DNA from: Acidimicrobiia bacterium
GTDB taxonomy: Bacteria; Acidobacteriota; Vicinamibacteria; Vicinamibacterales; UBA2999
DNA length: 64,000 nt
Direction: 5' to 3'
NCBI GenBank assembly: GCA_016871375.1
Contig: VFYY01000001.1
Coordinates: forward strand, 6,616 to 70,615
The position numbers and the translations under genes are program-made. The notes below the pieces were generated by a model. That model worked only from the letters and a program-made list of their open reading frames with translations, made no database searches and was not told the origin of the DNA. Shown here piece by piece: positions 46,346-55,256 of this stretch. Within the stretch, counting starts at the first letter, position 1. Every line of letters starts with the position of its first letter.

Positions 46346-48874
46346 TCAGAACCGCCACAGACGCCAGCGGCCGTCCGCGTCGAGCCGGAACCAGACGGCG
46401 TAGGAGTAGATCAGGCCGTCGCGCTCGGCGACCATCTCGTACTGCGCGCCGCCGTAGCCGGCCTCGACCAGCGTGATGGCGGTGAACACGAGGTCCACGT
46501 CCTCGAACGCATCCGGCGGCAGCGACGCGAAGTACTCGGCCCACCCGCCGCGGCGCTCCGCCGCAATGAACGATACGGCCGCCGCGACGTCACCTTTGCG
46601 CAGAGAATCCCGGAACCCCGCCCAGACCGCCTGCAGCCGTGCGTCGAGGCGGGAGCCGTCGTACACCTCGACTACCGCGCGCTGCGTCAGCACCGTGCCA
46701 TCCGGCGCCGTAAACCGGAGCGCCGGGACGTGGATACCTGCGGTCGCGTAGGTGAAATACAGGCTGTCATCGTCCGGCACGCCGTCAAAATCCACGGTGC
46801 CGTCGCCCTCAAAGTCGATCGCCACCGGCGCGCCGACGAACCCGGCGACGCTCACGCGAACCGGCAACGGGGCGAGCCCGCCCGGCGGCCAGACGCTGAG
46901 CGTCTGCACTTCGCTGCCATCCGGCGCCATGATGAGGGTGACGCTCGCCTCCGCAGTGGCCCCTGAACTGTCCGTCGCGACGGCCCTCAGCGTGGCGAGC
47001 GACGGATCCGCCGGAATCTCGAGCGCGAAGCGGCCGTCTTCAACCGGCGCTCCGGCCATTCCACCGAGTCCCTCCGGCAGCGGCACCGTCACGGCCACCT
47101 CGCCTGCGCCGCCCTCCACGGTGCCGCGAAGCCACAGAGAACCGCCCGTCACGACGGCGCCGTCCGCCGGCTCGAGCAGCGACAACCGCAGCGAGCGGAC
47201 GATGAACGCCTGAACGGCCGGCGTCAGGTCCTCGTTGCCCGCCAGATCGCGCGCCTTCACCTCGAAGCGATGCTCGCCTGGCGTCAGTCCGGTCAACGAA
47301 ACGGTCGAGACCAGGCCGAACGGCGACCAGGCGCCGGCATCCAGCCGCCAGGCGAACTCGACGACCGGTGAATGCACGTCCTGCGCTTCCACGACGAAGG
47401 TGGCCGCGGGTTCGGCAATCGTGCCGGCGGGCCCGCTGACGATGCGCGTCTCAGGCGGGGTCCGATCGACGGTGACGAGCAGCGCCGTGCTTGCGCCGTT
47501 TCCGGCGCGATCGGCCGCGGTGACCGTGAGCGCGCGAGGCCCCTCCGCCAGCGAGGCCGTGCTGAGGCTTGCCGTCACTTCCATCGGCAGGTCCGGATCT
47601 GGATTCTCGAAACGCGCGGCAACCGTGTCGTCCCACAGAACCGCCACCTTCGCGACGCCACTGCCATCGTCATCCGCCTGCGCGCGGAGCGGCACGTCGG
47701 CCCGGGTGTAGATGCCCGGCGCGGGCTCGGCGACGGACAGCACGGGCAGGTGGTCGTCGTGAACGACGACGTGGGAACTCGCAGCGGACGTGAGGCCCCG
47801 GCCGCCGCTCGCGGTCGCGGTCAGCAGGAAGCGGGTCTCCTCGTTGAGCCCAAGCGGGACGGCCGCGGTGAACGCGCCGCTCGAGGCGTCGGCTGCCGCA
47901 GACGCACGCGGCCCAGCAGACAAGTCGGCAAACACCTGCACCAGGCTGCCGGGCGCCGCGTGGCCGCTGAGCGCCAGTGGCGCGGTATTCGTGAACGGCG
48001 GCACCACCGCGTCGGGCGGGGACGGCGCGCGGTATCGCCGGAGCTGCCGCACCGGCTCCGCTTCCACCACCAGCAGGTGGCCGGCCGGCTCGAACGCGAC
48101 GCCCCGCGGACTTCGGAGGGTGCTCGCAAGCGCCGCGAACTCACCGGCCGGACTTTGTTTGATCACGCCGCCGCGGTCCCGGCCACGGCTGTCCCGGCGG
48201 ACGCTCGCGACCAGCGCGCCAAGGTGGTCGGCGGCAAGAGCCACCGGCTCTTTCGCGGTGTCGCGCAAGAGCGTCCGCATCGGACCGGCAGCAGCCCCGT
48301 CGGCGCGCAGCTCGAACGCGACGATCTCGGTGTCGCGGCGACCGCGGTCGGTGTCGAGCCGGCGGGCCGCCGCGTACAGCACACCGTTGCTGACAGCGAG
48401 GCCGGCGAGCCCGCGGAATCCCCGCGCGACGGTCCGTACCTCACCCGACGGCGTGACATGAACGATGCGACGACGACGCTCAGTGACGTAGAGATGGCCG
48501 CCCGTGCCGACGGCAATCCAGCGCGGCCGAAGAATCCCCGACGCAACGATGCCCATCGCGCCGGACGCATCCCGCCGGAGCACGCGCCCCGCGCGCTCCT
48601 CCGCGATCAGCAGACCATCGTCTTCGTCGAACGCAATGCCTGCGGGAGCGTCGAGGCGCCGCAGGAGCACTGTGCGGCGGCCGTTGGACCCGACCTCGAC
48701 GATCGTGCCTGCGGCGCGATCCGAGACGACGATCCGGCCGCCTGCGCTGACCGCGACGCCGACCGGATCCTGGAATCCGCGCGCGACGATCTCGTCCTGC
48801 GTCCCCACGGCGGGTGTCTGGAGGGTCGTCGCGAGCGCGACGAGCAGCGATGCGGCAACACGGTGCGGCGACAT
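46346..48874 (-). CDS. Secreted NHL-repeat beta-propeller protein with Ig-like middle domains and NTF2-like C-terminus
   Basis: Repeating units of the type G(F)xxPxGVAVsaGGrIVVSD / LDAPAGIAFDEDDGLLIAEE / LRPRWIAVGTGGHLYVTE (NHL-like). Central beta-rich repeats. The C-terminal approx. 120 aa have an NTF2/SnoaL-like pattern. Signal-like N-terminus. Confidence 0.7.
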   Translation of the reverse strand: MSPHRVAASLLVALATTLQTPAVGTQDEIVARGFQDPVGVAVSAGGRIVVSDRAAGTIVEVGSNGRRTVLLRRLDAPAGIAFDEDDGLLIAEERAGRVLRRDASGAMGIVASGILRPRWIAVGTGGHLYVTERRRRIVHVTPSGEVRTVARGFRGLAGLAVSNGVLYAAARRLDTDRGRRDTEIVAFELRADGAAAGPMRTLLRDTAKEPVALAADHLGALVASVRRDSRGRDRGGVIKQSPAGEFAALASTLRSPRGVAFEPAGHLLVVEAEPVRQLRRYRAPSPPDAVVPPFTNTAPLALSGHAAPGSLVQVFADLSAGPRASAAADASSGAFTAAVPLGLNEETRFLLTATASGGRGLTSAASSHVVVHDDHLPVLSVAEPAPGIYTRADVPLRAQADDDGSGVAKVAVLWDDTVAARFENPDPDLPMEVTASLSTASLAEGPRALTVTAADRAGNGASTALLVTVDRTPPETRIVSGPAGTIAEPAATFVVEAQDVHSPVVEFAWRLDAGAWSPFGLVSTVSLTGLTPGEHRFEVKARDLAGNEDLTPAVQAFIVRSLRLSLLEPADGAVVTGGSLWLRGTVEGGAGEVAVTVPLPEGLGGMAGAPVEDGRFALEIPADPSLATLRAVATDSSGATAEASVTLIMAPDGSEVQTLSVWPPGGLAPLPVRVSVAGFVGAPVAIDFEGDGTVDFDGVPDDDSLYFTYATAGIHVPALRFTAPDGTVLTQRAVVEVYDGSRLDARLQAVWAGFRDSLRKGDVAAAVSFIAAERRGGWAEYFASLPPDAFEDVDLVFTAITLVEAGYGGAQYEMVAERDGLIYSYAVWFRLDADGRWRLWRF

Positions 48875-48952
48875 GCCGCACCGTGGCGAGCAACGGCTGG
48901 ACCGCCGCCCGGCATCGACGGGTGTCGCCGCTAGTCCGTGATGGAAAAGAGG

Positions 48953-49837
48953 TTAGTGCGACGCGCGCGGGCCGTGCCAGCCGCCGGATTCGGAATCGTC
49001 AACCGCCGTTGTCGGCCAGAACGCCGACAGCGCCGCGCGAAGCTCGTCGACGTTGTCGAAGCCGGCGCGGTTGTGGCCGCCGGTCGTCTCGATCATCACC
49101 TTCGGCCCGCCTGCGCGCGCGAACAGCTCGCGCGCGGCCGCCATCGGCACCCAGCGGTCGCTCGGCGAATGGACGACAACCACAGGAGCGCGCACGCGCC
49201 CGATCTTGCCCAACGAGTCGAAGCGGCTCGACGCGAGCAGGCTGACCGGCACCCACGGGTACATGCGGCTGCCCATGAGCGGGATCGAGTCGATGGGGCT
49301 GAACAGCAGAACGCCCGCGCTCGGCAGGCGGGATGCGGTCTCGACGGCGACCGCCGACCCGAGGGAGCGTCCGGCCAGCACGATCCCCGACGGAGACACG
49401 CGGCGCTCGACGGTCAGATACCGGTACGCCGCGCGCGCATCCTCGTAGAGCCCGCTCTCGCTCGGCGTCCCCTCGTTGCGGCCGAAGCCCCGGTACTCGG
49501 GCGCCAGCACGTTGTACCCGAGCGCGCGCAGCTGATCGAGCTGCCCCTGCACGCGGGGGTTGCGAATCGAATGGCCGCTGCCGTGGAAGAACACGATCCA
49601 CGGCGCCGCCGGGTCGCCGGCGTCGAGCCGCAGCGTCTCGAGCTTCTGGCCGTCGGCAGCCACGATCTCGATCAGCTCCATGCCGCCCGGCATCCACGCC
49701 GACGCCGCCGCGTGCGAGATGTGACTCCGGAACACGATGCGCGTCTCATTCGCCCAGAGAAACCCGACGCAGCCCGCGTACATGACGCTGCAGAACAGGA
49801 CTCCTCCGGCGATGCCGCCCGCGATGCGTCTGGTCAC
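48953..49837 (-). CDS. Alpha/beta hydrolase (membrane-anchored)
   Basis: GTG start at 49837 preceded by GGAGAGAAAGAG, N-terminal TM segment (IAGGIAGGVLFCSVMYAGCVGF). HG oxyanion motif (VFFHGSGHS), nucleophile elbow GRSLGS, and C-terminal D/H candidates. The ORF-track 5-prime extension is rejected. Confidence 0.8.
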   Translation of the reverse strand: MTRRIAGGIAGGVLFCSVMYAGCVGFLWANETRIVFRSHISHAAASAWMPGGMELIEIVAADGQKLETLRLDAGDPAAPWIVFFHGSGHSIRNPRVQGQLDQLRALGYNVLAPEYRGFGRNEGTPSESGLYEDARAAYRYLTVERRVSPSGIVLAGRSLGSAVAVETASRLPSAGVLLFSPIDSIPLMGSRMYPWVPVSLLASSRFDSLGKIGRVRAPVVVVHSPSDRWVPMAAARELFARAGGPKVMIETTGGHNRAGFDNVDELRAALSAFWPTTAVDDSESGGWHGPRASH

Positions 49838-50231
49838 ACTCTTTCTCTCCTGAATTCTACCGAGGTCAGCGGCCGTGCTCCGGAGCGGACGCTCAGCCGT
49901 GCGGACGGCTGAAATCAGGCCTGATTCCGCGTGGCACGGACCATGAGTGATGCCCATCCGGAGGTGACCATGGCGGGAAGGCCAAGGGCAACGGCCCGGC
50001 GTTCTGCCGCAGCGGGCAGGGCCATCCGGTTCACGGCTGGGCGTGTGCCGCGACAAGGGCTGGACGCGCAACGACAACTTCTGGGATCGCGCGAGAGATC
50101 GGGACGATCGCGCACGGCGGCGTGACGACCGCGATCGCGATCGCGATCGGGACCGCCGCGACGACGGCGGCTGGTGGCCCTTCTAAACTGTCTCAACGAG
50201 GCGGGCTCGGCTTAGGCATTTCCACCGAGCC

Positions 50232-51443
50232 TTAGAGCTCGACGACCAGACGGCGAACCAAGGCCGTCACCTCCGATTGCCACGTAGATAGTACCCAAGG
50301 TACTCCAGCAGTCACGGCACCGGAGATCAGCCCCGCGATAACATTGCGTCCCGGAGTACCGACGGAATCGAGGTCCTTCAATTCATCGACGACGATACCG
50401 GATACCTGTCCGCTCGTAGAGGCCGCCAGTACCCCGCGATACCTGATCAGTTCTCGATCGTGTGACACCCAACGGCCTTCTACAGCGAAGTGAATCACCT
50501 GTAGGAGCGGTGTAGTTAGCACCGTGCGCGTGATCTCGCGCTCGAGGTCGGTCAACACCTGCACCATCCGTGCTTCGCGGAATTGACTCTCCGGCAGCCT
50601 TGCAACGCCCGCCAGCGAACGTAGCCACTGCTTACGCCACTCGAGGAGTTGCTTCGTGCGATGCCTGGATAAGGACAGGCCCAAGAAGAACGGGCAAACA
50701 AACGCGAACAAGTAAATCAGAAACGGCGCCGAGACTATCACCCAGGTGTCGGCCGCACTAGGTAACGAGGCACCGGCCTGTTCAGACACAAGTCTCGGAA
50801 CAGCTAGATATGCCGCGATCGGGAATACCAGCATCAGGCCAAACGCCAACGACGAGTTGCGCACGTCATCGTCGCCATGGGTTGTCGCCACTGCGGGCCA
50901 CATTGCAACCATCATCATGACTGCGCCCAGAATCGACGGCATGATGAAGAGCGTCCATGCCAAGCGGACGGGCTTCGCAGCACTAGGTCCTTCGGTCCAA
51001 AACACCCATAGAGTCCCGATTACCGACATCGCGAGGACACTTATCGCGATAGCTGAAATGGCAATTTGTGAAACTTGGAGTTGTCGTCTCGCGGCGTTTA
51101 GAAACCCGCGCTCGTAAGATGAAGCGAACATCAAAAACGCGAGCTTGTTTCGCTTCTCCTCGAGCCAAAAGCCGGAGACCGCTCCTATCACAACGTAGAC
51201 GACATGCCCCAAGAATGTCGCCCCAACAACGAGTGCGACGGCACTCCACGCGAACGAAGCGGACACAGCCCAGAACGCCATGACAAAAAGGGCCATGAAT
51301 CCCAGCTGATGTACCAACACGTCGTACCAAGGGGGCGCATGACCGAGCTGCCGAATTGAGCGCTTGCTTTGGAGGATCCCAAGCCAGAATGCCGCGGCCA
51401 TCGTGAGAAGAAATGCGGCGGTACGCAATAGCTGCTCGATCAT
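50232..51443 (-). CDS. Orphan polytopic membrane protein with approx. 130-aa C-terminal soluble domain
   Basis: 403-aa ORF with about 8 hydrophobic segments and no motif I recognise. Hand GC counts on two samples inside it give about 54-59% against about 70-75% in flanking genes. Confidence 0.6.
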   Translation of the reverse strand: MIEQLLRTAAFLLTMAAAFWLGILQSKRSIRQLGHAPPWYDVLVHQLGFMALFVMAFWAVSASFAWSAVALVVGATFLGHVVYVVIGAVSGFWLEEKRNKLAFLMFASSYERGFLNAARRQLQVSQIAISAIAISVLAMSVIGTLWVFWTEGPSAAKPVRLAWTLFIMPSILGAVMMMVAMWPAVATTHGDDDVRNSSLAFGLMLVFPIAAYLAVPRLVSEQAGASLPSAADTWVIVSAPFLIYLFAFVCPFFLGLSLSRHRTKQLLEWRKQWLRSLAGVARLPESQFREARMVQVLTDLEREITRTVLTTPLLQVIHFAVEGRWVSHDRELIRYRGVLAASTSGQVSGIVVDELKDLDSVGTPGRNVIAGLISGAVTAGVPWVLSTWQSEVTALVRRLVVEL

Positions 51444-51480
51444 TTGGCGCCGAGATTACCAGACCCACACAATCGCCATT

Positions 51481-51519
51481 GCAAAAACAAAAGGCCCGGC
51501 GACGTCGTCGGCCGGGCCT
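51481..51519 (-). terminator. Intrinsic terminator of the rpoA-rplQ operon
   Basis: Minus strand reads AGGCCCGGC-cgacgacgtc-GCCGGGCCT followed by TTTTGTTTTTG. Confidence 0.85.
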
Positions 51520-51534
51520 CTGTCTGGAGCTTGA

Positions 51535-51575
51535 GCGTTGGGCGTTGGGCCTTGGGCCTTGGGCCTTGGGCCTTG
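51535..51575. repeat. Heptanucleotide tandem repeat (GCSTTGG)6
   Basis: GCGTTGG GCGTTGG GCCTTGG GCCTTGG GCCTTGG GCCTTG, directly abutting the rplQ stop codon and upstream (in the transcription sense) of the terminator. Confidence 0.9.
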
Positions 51576-52169
51576 TTATGATCCGCCAGCCTTGCGCGGC
51601 GTCGTGGCCTTGCGCGCGGCGCCCTTCGTCTGGCCGCCCGCCTGCGCCTTGGAGCCGCCCTGGTCCTTGCCGCCGCGCATGCGCGACGCGGCTGCCTTCA
51701 GGCGGTCGCCGACGCCCTTGGCCTTCGGCTTCTCGGCGGCGTCCTTCTCCTCGTCGCCCTTCACCTCCGCCGTGCGCGGATCGTACTCGCTGCCGATGAG
51801 CTCGACCTGCGCCACCTCGGCGGAGTCGCCGCGCCGGAAGCCGACGCGCAGGATGCGCGTGTAGCCGCCCGGCCGCTCCGCGAAGCGCGGCGCAATCGTC
51901 TCGAACAGCTTGCCGACGACGGCCTTGTCCTGGATGTCCTCGGCGACGAGGCGCCGCGCCGCCAGGGTCCTGCCGTTGGCGTCGCCCGCGGCGACGCCGC
52001 GCTTGGCGATCGTGATCAGGCGCTCGACGAACGGCCGCAGCTCCTTGGCCTTCGGCATCGTCGTCTCGATGCGCTCGTGCCGCAGCAGCGCGGTGGCCTG
52101 GTTCCGCAGCAGCGCGAGGCGATGCTCGGTGACGCGGCCCAGTTTCCGGTGTCCAACGTTGTGTCTCAT
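51576..52169 (-). CDS. rplQ: 50S ribosomal protein L17 with a long Lys/Ala/Gly-rich C-terminal extension
   Basis: [37 protein letters not shown]... is canonical L17. At 197 aa it carries roughly 70 extra low-complexity C-terminal residues. Confidence 0.93.
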   Translation of the reverse strand: MRHNVGHRKLGRVTEHRLALLRNQATALLRHERIETTMPKAKELRPFVERLITIAKRGVAAGDANGRTLAARRLVAEDIQDKAVVGKLFETIAPRFAERPGGYTRILRVGFRRGDSAEVAQVELIGSEYDPRTAEVKGDEEKDAAEKPKAKGVGDRLKAAASRMRGGKDQGGSKAQAGGQTKGAARKATTPRKAGGS

Positions 52170-52205
52170 AGCGTTTCCTGCCGGCTGCCCACTGCCCGCT
52201 GCCGA

Positions 52206-53189
52206 CTACTCCTGGTGTGCCTGCGCGGGCTGATCGAGCCTCATGCCCAGGCTCAGGCCCATGCTGTGCAGGATCTCCTTGATCTCGTTCAGCGACTTGC
52301 GGCCGAAGTTCTTCGTCTTCAGCATCTCGGCCTCGGTCTTCTGCACGAGCTCGCGGATGGTCCGGATGTTCGCGTTCTTCAGGCAGTTGTAGGAGCGCAC
52401 CGAGAGCTCCAGCTCCTCGACGCTCTTGTCGAGGTTCTCGTTGAGCGCGCCGGCACGCGGCTGCTCGGCCGCGGCCTCGGTCGCCTCACCCGCCTCCTCG
52501 AGGTTGATGAAGATGTTGAGGTGATCGCGAATGAGCTTGGCGGCCAGCGACACGGCGTCGCGCGCGGTCACCGAGCCGTTGGTCCACACGTCGATGGTCA
52601 GCTTGTCGTAGTCGGTGGTCTGGCCGAGGCGCGCCGCCTCGACGAGGTAGTTCACCTTCTTGACCGGCGAGTGCACCGAGTCGACGGGGATCCAGCCGAT
52701 GCCGAGGTCCTCGTCGAAGTTCTTGTCCGCCGAGACGTAGCCGCGGCCGCGCTTCATGCGCAGCTCCATGTGCAGCTTGCCGCCCTCGGAGACCGTGGCG
52801 ATGTGCGCTTCCGGCTCGAGGATCTCGACGTCGGCGTCGCCCTCGATGTCCTTGGCGCGGACGATGCCCGGCTTGTCCACGCGCAGGTACAGCGTCTTCG
52901 TGTAGTCGACGTGCAGCTTCAGCGGAATCTGCTTCAGGTTGAGGATGATGTCGGTGGCGTCCTCGACCACGCCGGGAATCGGCGAGAACTCGTGGAGCAC
53001 GCCGTCGATCTTCACCGCGGTGATGGCGGCGCCCTCAATCGAGGAGAGCAGCACGCGGCGCAGCGCGTTGCCGATGGTCGTGCCGAAGCCGCGCTCGAAC
53101 GGCTGCGCGTAGAACCGGCCGAACCGGTCGGTGAGGGTGTCGCGCTCGAACTCGAGCCGCTTGGGACGCTGAAAACCTTTCCACAGCAT
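52206..53189 (-). CDS. rpoA: DNA-directed RNA polymerase alpha subunit
   Basis: [47 protein letters not shown]... and the C-terminal domain [23 protein letters not shown]. Confidence 0.96.
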   Translation of the reverse strand: MLWKGFQRPKRLEFERDTLTDRFGRFYAQPFERGFGTTIGNALRRVLLSSIEGAAITAVKIDGVLHEFSPIPGVVEDATDIILNLKQIPLKLHVDYTKTLYLRVDKPGIVRAKDIEGDADVEILEPEAHIATVSEGGKLHMELRMKRGRGYVSADKNFDEDLGIGWIPVDSVHSPVKKVNYLVEAARLGQTTDYDKLTIDVWTNGSVTARDAVSLAAKLIRDHLNIFINLEEAGEATEAAAEQPRAGALNENLDKSVEELELSVRSYNCLKNANIRTIRELVQKTEAEMLKTKNFGRKSLNEIKEILHSMGLSLGMRLDQPAQAHQE

Positions 53190-53351
53190 GGAGTGCTTCC
53201 TTTCGCGAACGGGCCGCCAGGTGCGGCCTCCAGACCTGCGAGTCGTGTCCGCCGGCCTCCCGCTGCAGGTCTGTAAAGCTGCGGGCCGGCGGATGCGACG
53301 TAGGGCGGGTTCCGCGCCGGGTCCCGTGAGCGGACCCGCCGGGCACCCGGC

Positions 53352-53981
53352 CTACTTCGAGTAAAGCTCGACGATGAGCTGTTCCTGCACCGGCAGGTTG
53401 ATCTGCGCGCGCGTCGGCACCGAGCCGACCTTGGCCGACATCCCCTCGGCGTCGAACTGCAGCCACTCGGGGATGCCGCGCCCCTTGACCTCCTCCATGG
53501 CGTGGAGAATCGCCGGCGCCTTGCGGCTGCTCTGCCGCACGGCGATGACGTCGCCCGGCTTCACCGAGTACGACGGGATGTCCACCTTGCGGCCGTTCAC
53601 CGTGAAGTGGCCGTGGCGCACGAGCTGGCGCGCCTGCGGGCGCGAGGTCGCGAAGCCGAGGCGGTAGGTCACGTTGTCGAGCCGCCGCTCGAGCAGCTGC
53701 AGCAGCGTCTCGCCGGTGATGCCGCGCGTGCGCTCGGCCTGCTCGAAGTAGCCGCGGAACTGGTCCTCCAGCACGCCGTAGATGCGCTTCACCTTCTGCT
53801 TCTCGCGCAGCTGGATGCCGTAGCCGGCCATCTTCGACTTCCGCGTCTTGCCGTGCTGCCCGGGCGCGAAGTTGCGCTTCTCGATGGCGCACTTCTCCAT
53901 GTAGCAGCGCTCGCCCTTGAGGAACAGCTTCATGCCCTCGCGGCGGCACAGGCGGCAGACGGGTCCGATGTATCTCGCCAT
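53352..53981 (-). CDS. rpsD: 30S ribosomal protein S4
   Basis: [26 protein letters not shown]... is canonical S4. Confidence 0.96.
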   Translation of the reverse strand: MARYIGPVCRLCRREGMKLFLKGERCYMEKCAIEKRNFAPGQHGKTRKSKMAGYGIQLREKQKVKRIYGVLEDQFRGYFEQAERTRGITGETLLQLLERRLDNVTYRLGFATSRPQARQLVRHGHFTVNGRKVDIPSYSVKPGDVIAVRQSSRKAPAILHAMEEVKGRGIPEWLQFDAEGMSAKVGSVPTRAQINLPVQEQLIVELYSK

Positions 53982-53997
53982 TCAGTCGATCCTTGTC

Positions 53998-54064
53998 ATT
54001 TGCGATTTCCGAATTGCGATTCGTGATGTCACATCACAGATCACAAATCACAAATCATCGATTC
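53998..54064. repeat. Degenerate heptanucleotide repeat array (ATTTGCG family) with imperfect dyad symmetry
   Basis: 7-nt phased units ATTTGCG ATTTCCG AATTGCG ATTCGTG ATGTCAC ATCACAG ATCACAA ATCACAA ATCATCG fill the rpsK-rpsD spacer. Confidence 0.85.
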
Positions 54065-54514
54065 TCACACCCTGCGACGCTTGGTCGGACGGCAGCCGTT
54101 GTGCGGATTCGGCGTGACGTCGCGGATCGACTTCACCTCGATGCCGACGGTCTGCAGCGCCCGGATGGCCGACTCGCGGCCCGACCCCGGCCCCTTCACC
54201 CGCACGTCCACGGAGCGCAGGCCGTAGTTCTTGGCGGCGTTGCCGGCGTTCATGGCGGCCTGGGTGGCCGCGAACGGCGTTCCCTTGCGCGAGCCCTTGA
54301 AGCCGATGCCGCCCGCGCTCGACCACGCGATCACGTTCCCCTCGGTGTCGGTGATCGTGATGTGCGTGTTGTTGAACGAGGCGTGGATGTGCACGTAGCC
54401 GTGGTGCACCACGCGCTTCTCGCCGCGCTTCTTGAAGGTCTTCTTGGGCGCCTTCTTGCCGCCCTCGCCCTTCTTGGGAACGTCGGGTGTTGCCGCTGCT
54501 TCAGTCTTGGCCAT
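54065..54514 (-). CDS. rpsK: 30S ribosomal protein S11 (Lys-rich N-terminal extension)
   Basis: ...[45 protein letters not shown]... is canonical S11. Confidence 0.95.
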   Translation of the reverse strand: MAKTEAAATPDVPKKGEGGKKAPKKTFKKRGEKRVVHHGYVHIHASFNNTHITITDTEGNVIAWSSAGGIGFKGSRKGTPFAATQAAMNAGNAAKNYGLRSVDVRVKGPGSGRESAIRALQTVGIEVKSIRDVTPNPHNGCRPTKRRRV

Positions 54515-54527
54515 GATTCCTCAGCGA

Positions 54528-54908
54528 TTACTTCGTCTCGGCCTTCCGCCGGGCGACCGCACCCTTGCGCGGCCCCTTGCGCGTGCGCGCGTTGGTGCGC
54601 GTGCGCTGCCCGCGCACGGGCAGGTTGCGGCGGTGGCGCAGGCCGCGGTAGCAGCCGATCTCCATCAGCCGCTTGATGTTCATCGAGATCTCCTTGCGGA
54701 GGTCGCCCTCGACGCCGCCCACCTCTTCGATCACGCGGCTGATCTTGCGGACATCGTCTTCCGACAGGTCCTTGACGCGGATGTCCCCGCTCACGCCCGC
54801 CGCCGACAGGATGTCGTTCGAGCGCTTCCGCCCGATCCCGTAGATATAGGTCAGCCCGATCTCGACCCGCTTGGTCCGCGGCAGATCGACGCCAGCAATA
54901 CGCGCCAT
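54528..54908 (-). CDS. rpsM: 30S ribosomal protein S13
   Basis: [30 protein letters not shown]... is canonical S13. Confidence 0.96.
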   Translation of the reverse strand: MARIAGVDLPRTKRVEIGLTYIYGIGRKRSNDILSAAGVSGDIRVKDLSEDDVRKISRVIEEVGGVEGDLRKEISMNIKRLMEIGCYRGLRHRRNLPVRGQRTRTNARTRKGPRKGAVARRKAETK

Positions 54909-54911
54909 CGC

Positions 54912-55025
54912 TTATCCCTGCCTCTGCTTGTGCTTCGAGTTCGTGCAGATCACGCGCACGACACCGCGCCTGCGCACGACCTTGCACTTGTCGCAAATTC
55001 TCTTCACCGACGCTCGTACCTTCAT
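54912..55025 (-). CDS. rpmJ: 50S ribosomal protein L36
   Basis: Not in the ORF track (37 aa). My reverse translation gives [37 protein letters not shown]-stop, which is canonical L36 with a CxxC...C...H zinc ribbon. Confidence 0.93.
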   Translation of the reverse strand: MKVRASVKRICDKCKVVRRRGVVRVICTNSKHKQRQG

Positions 55026-55031
55026 AAGGTC

Positions 55032-55256
55032 CTACAGCTTTCTCACGATCCGGCCGCGGGTCAGATCCCGCGGCGTCAGCTCCACGACGACCCGGTCGCC
55101 GACGAGCACCCGGACGAAGTTCTTCTCGACCCCGCCGCCGATGTGCGCCGTCACCCGCGCGCCCTCGACGGTCACTGCATACAACCCGCTCGGCAGCTGC
55201 GCCGCGACGACGCCTTCCATCTGCGATGTGCGATTTGCGATTCGTGAATCATCCAT
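55032..55256 (-). CDS. infA: Translation initiation factor IF-1 (divergent)
   Basis: MEGVVAAQLPSGLYAVTVEGARVTAHIGGGVEKNFVRVLVGDRVVVELTPRDLTRGRIV aligns with the IF-1 S1-like fold. The ORF-track start at 55256 places the first 12 codons inside the heptamer repeat, so the true start is probably ATG 55220. Confidence 0.8.
   Translation of the reverse strand: MDDSRIANRTSQMEGVVAAQLPSGLYAVTVEGARVTAHIGGGVEKNFVRVLVGDRVVVELTPRDLTRGRIVRKL

Noticed and set aside
50131-50156. GCGATCGC (HIP1-like octamer) occurrences, e.g. the (GCGATC)3 run and scattered copies such as 12471-12478.
   Set aside because: In about 70% GC DNA this GC-rich palindrome is expected fairly often by chance. I cannot compute enrichment here and saw no consistent placement.
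49915-50196. ORFs 49915-50196(-) and 49931-50125(+) in the gap between the hydrolase and the orphan membrane gene.
   Set aside because: They are mutually overlapping on opposite strands, Arg-rich, without RBS or motifs. The region is treated as non-coding.
53190-53351. 162-nt rpsD-rpoA spacer with hairpins (CAGACCTGC...GCAGGTCTG; GGGTCC...GGGACCC), considered as an ncRNA or S4 autoregulatory site.
   Set aside because: It contains no heptamer units and nothing I can match to a known leader. Structured GC-rich spacers are common, and the evidence is too thin to call a feature.
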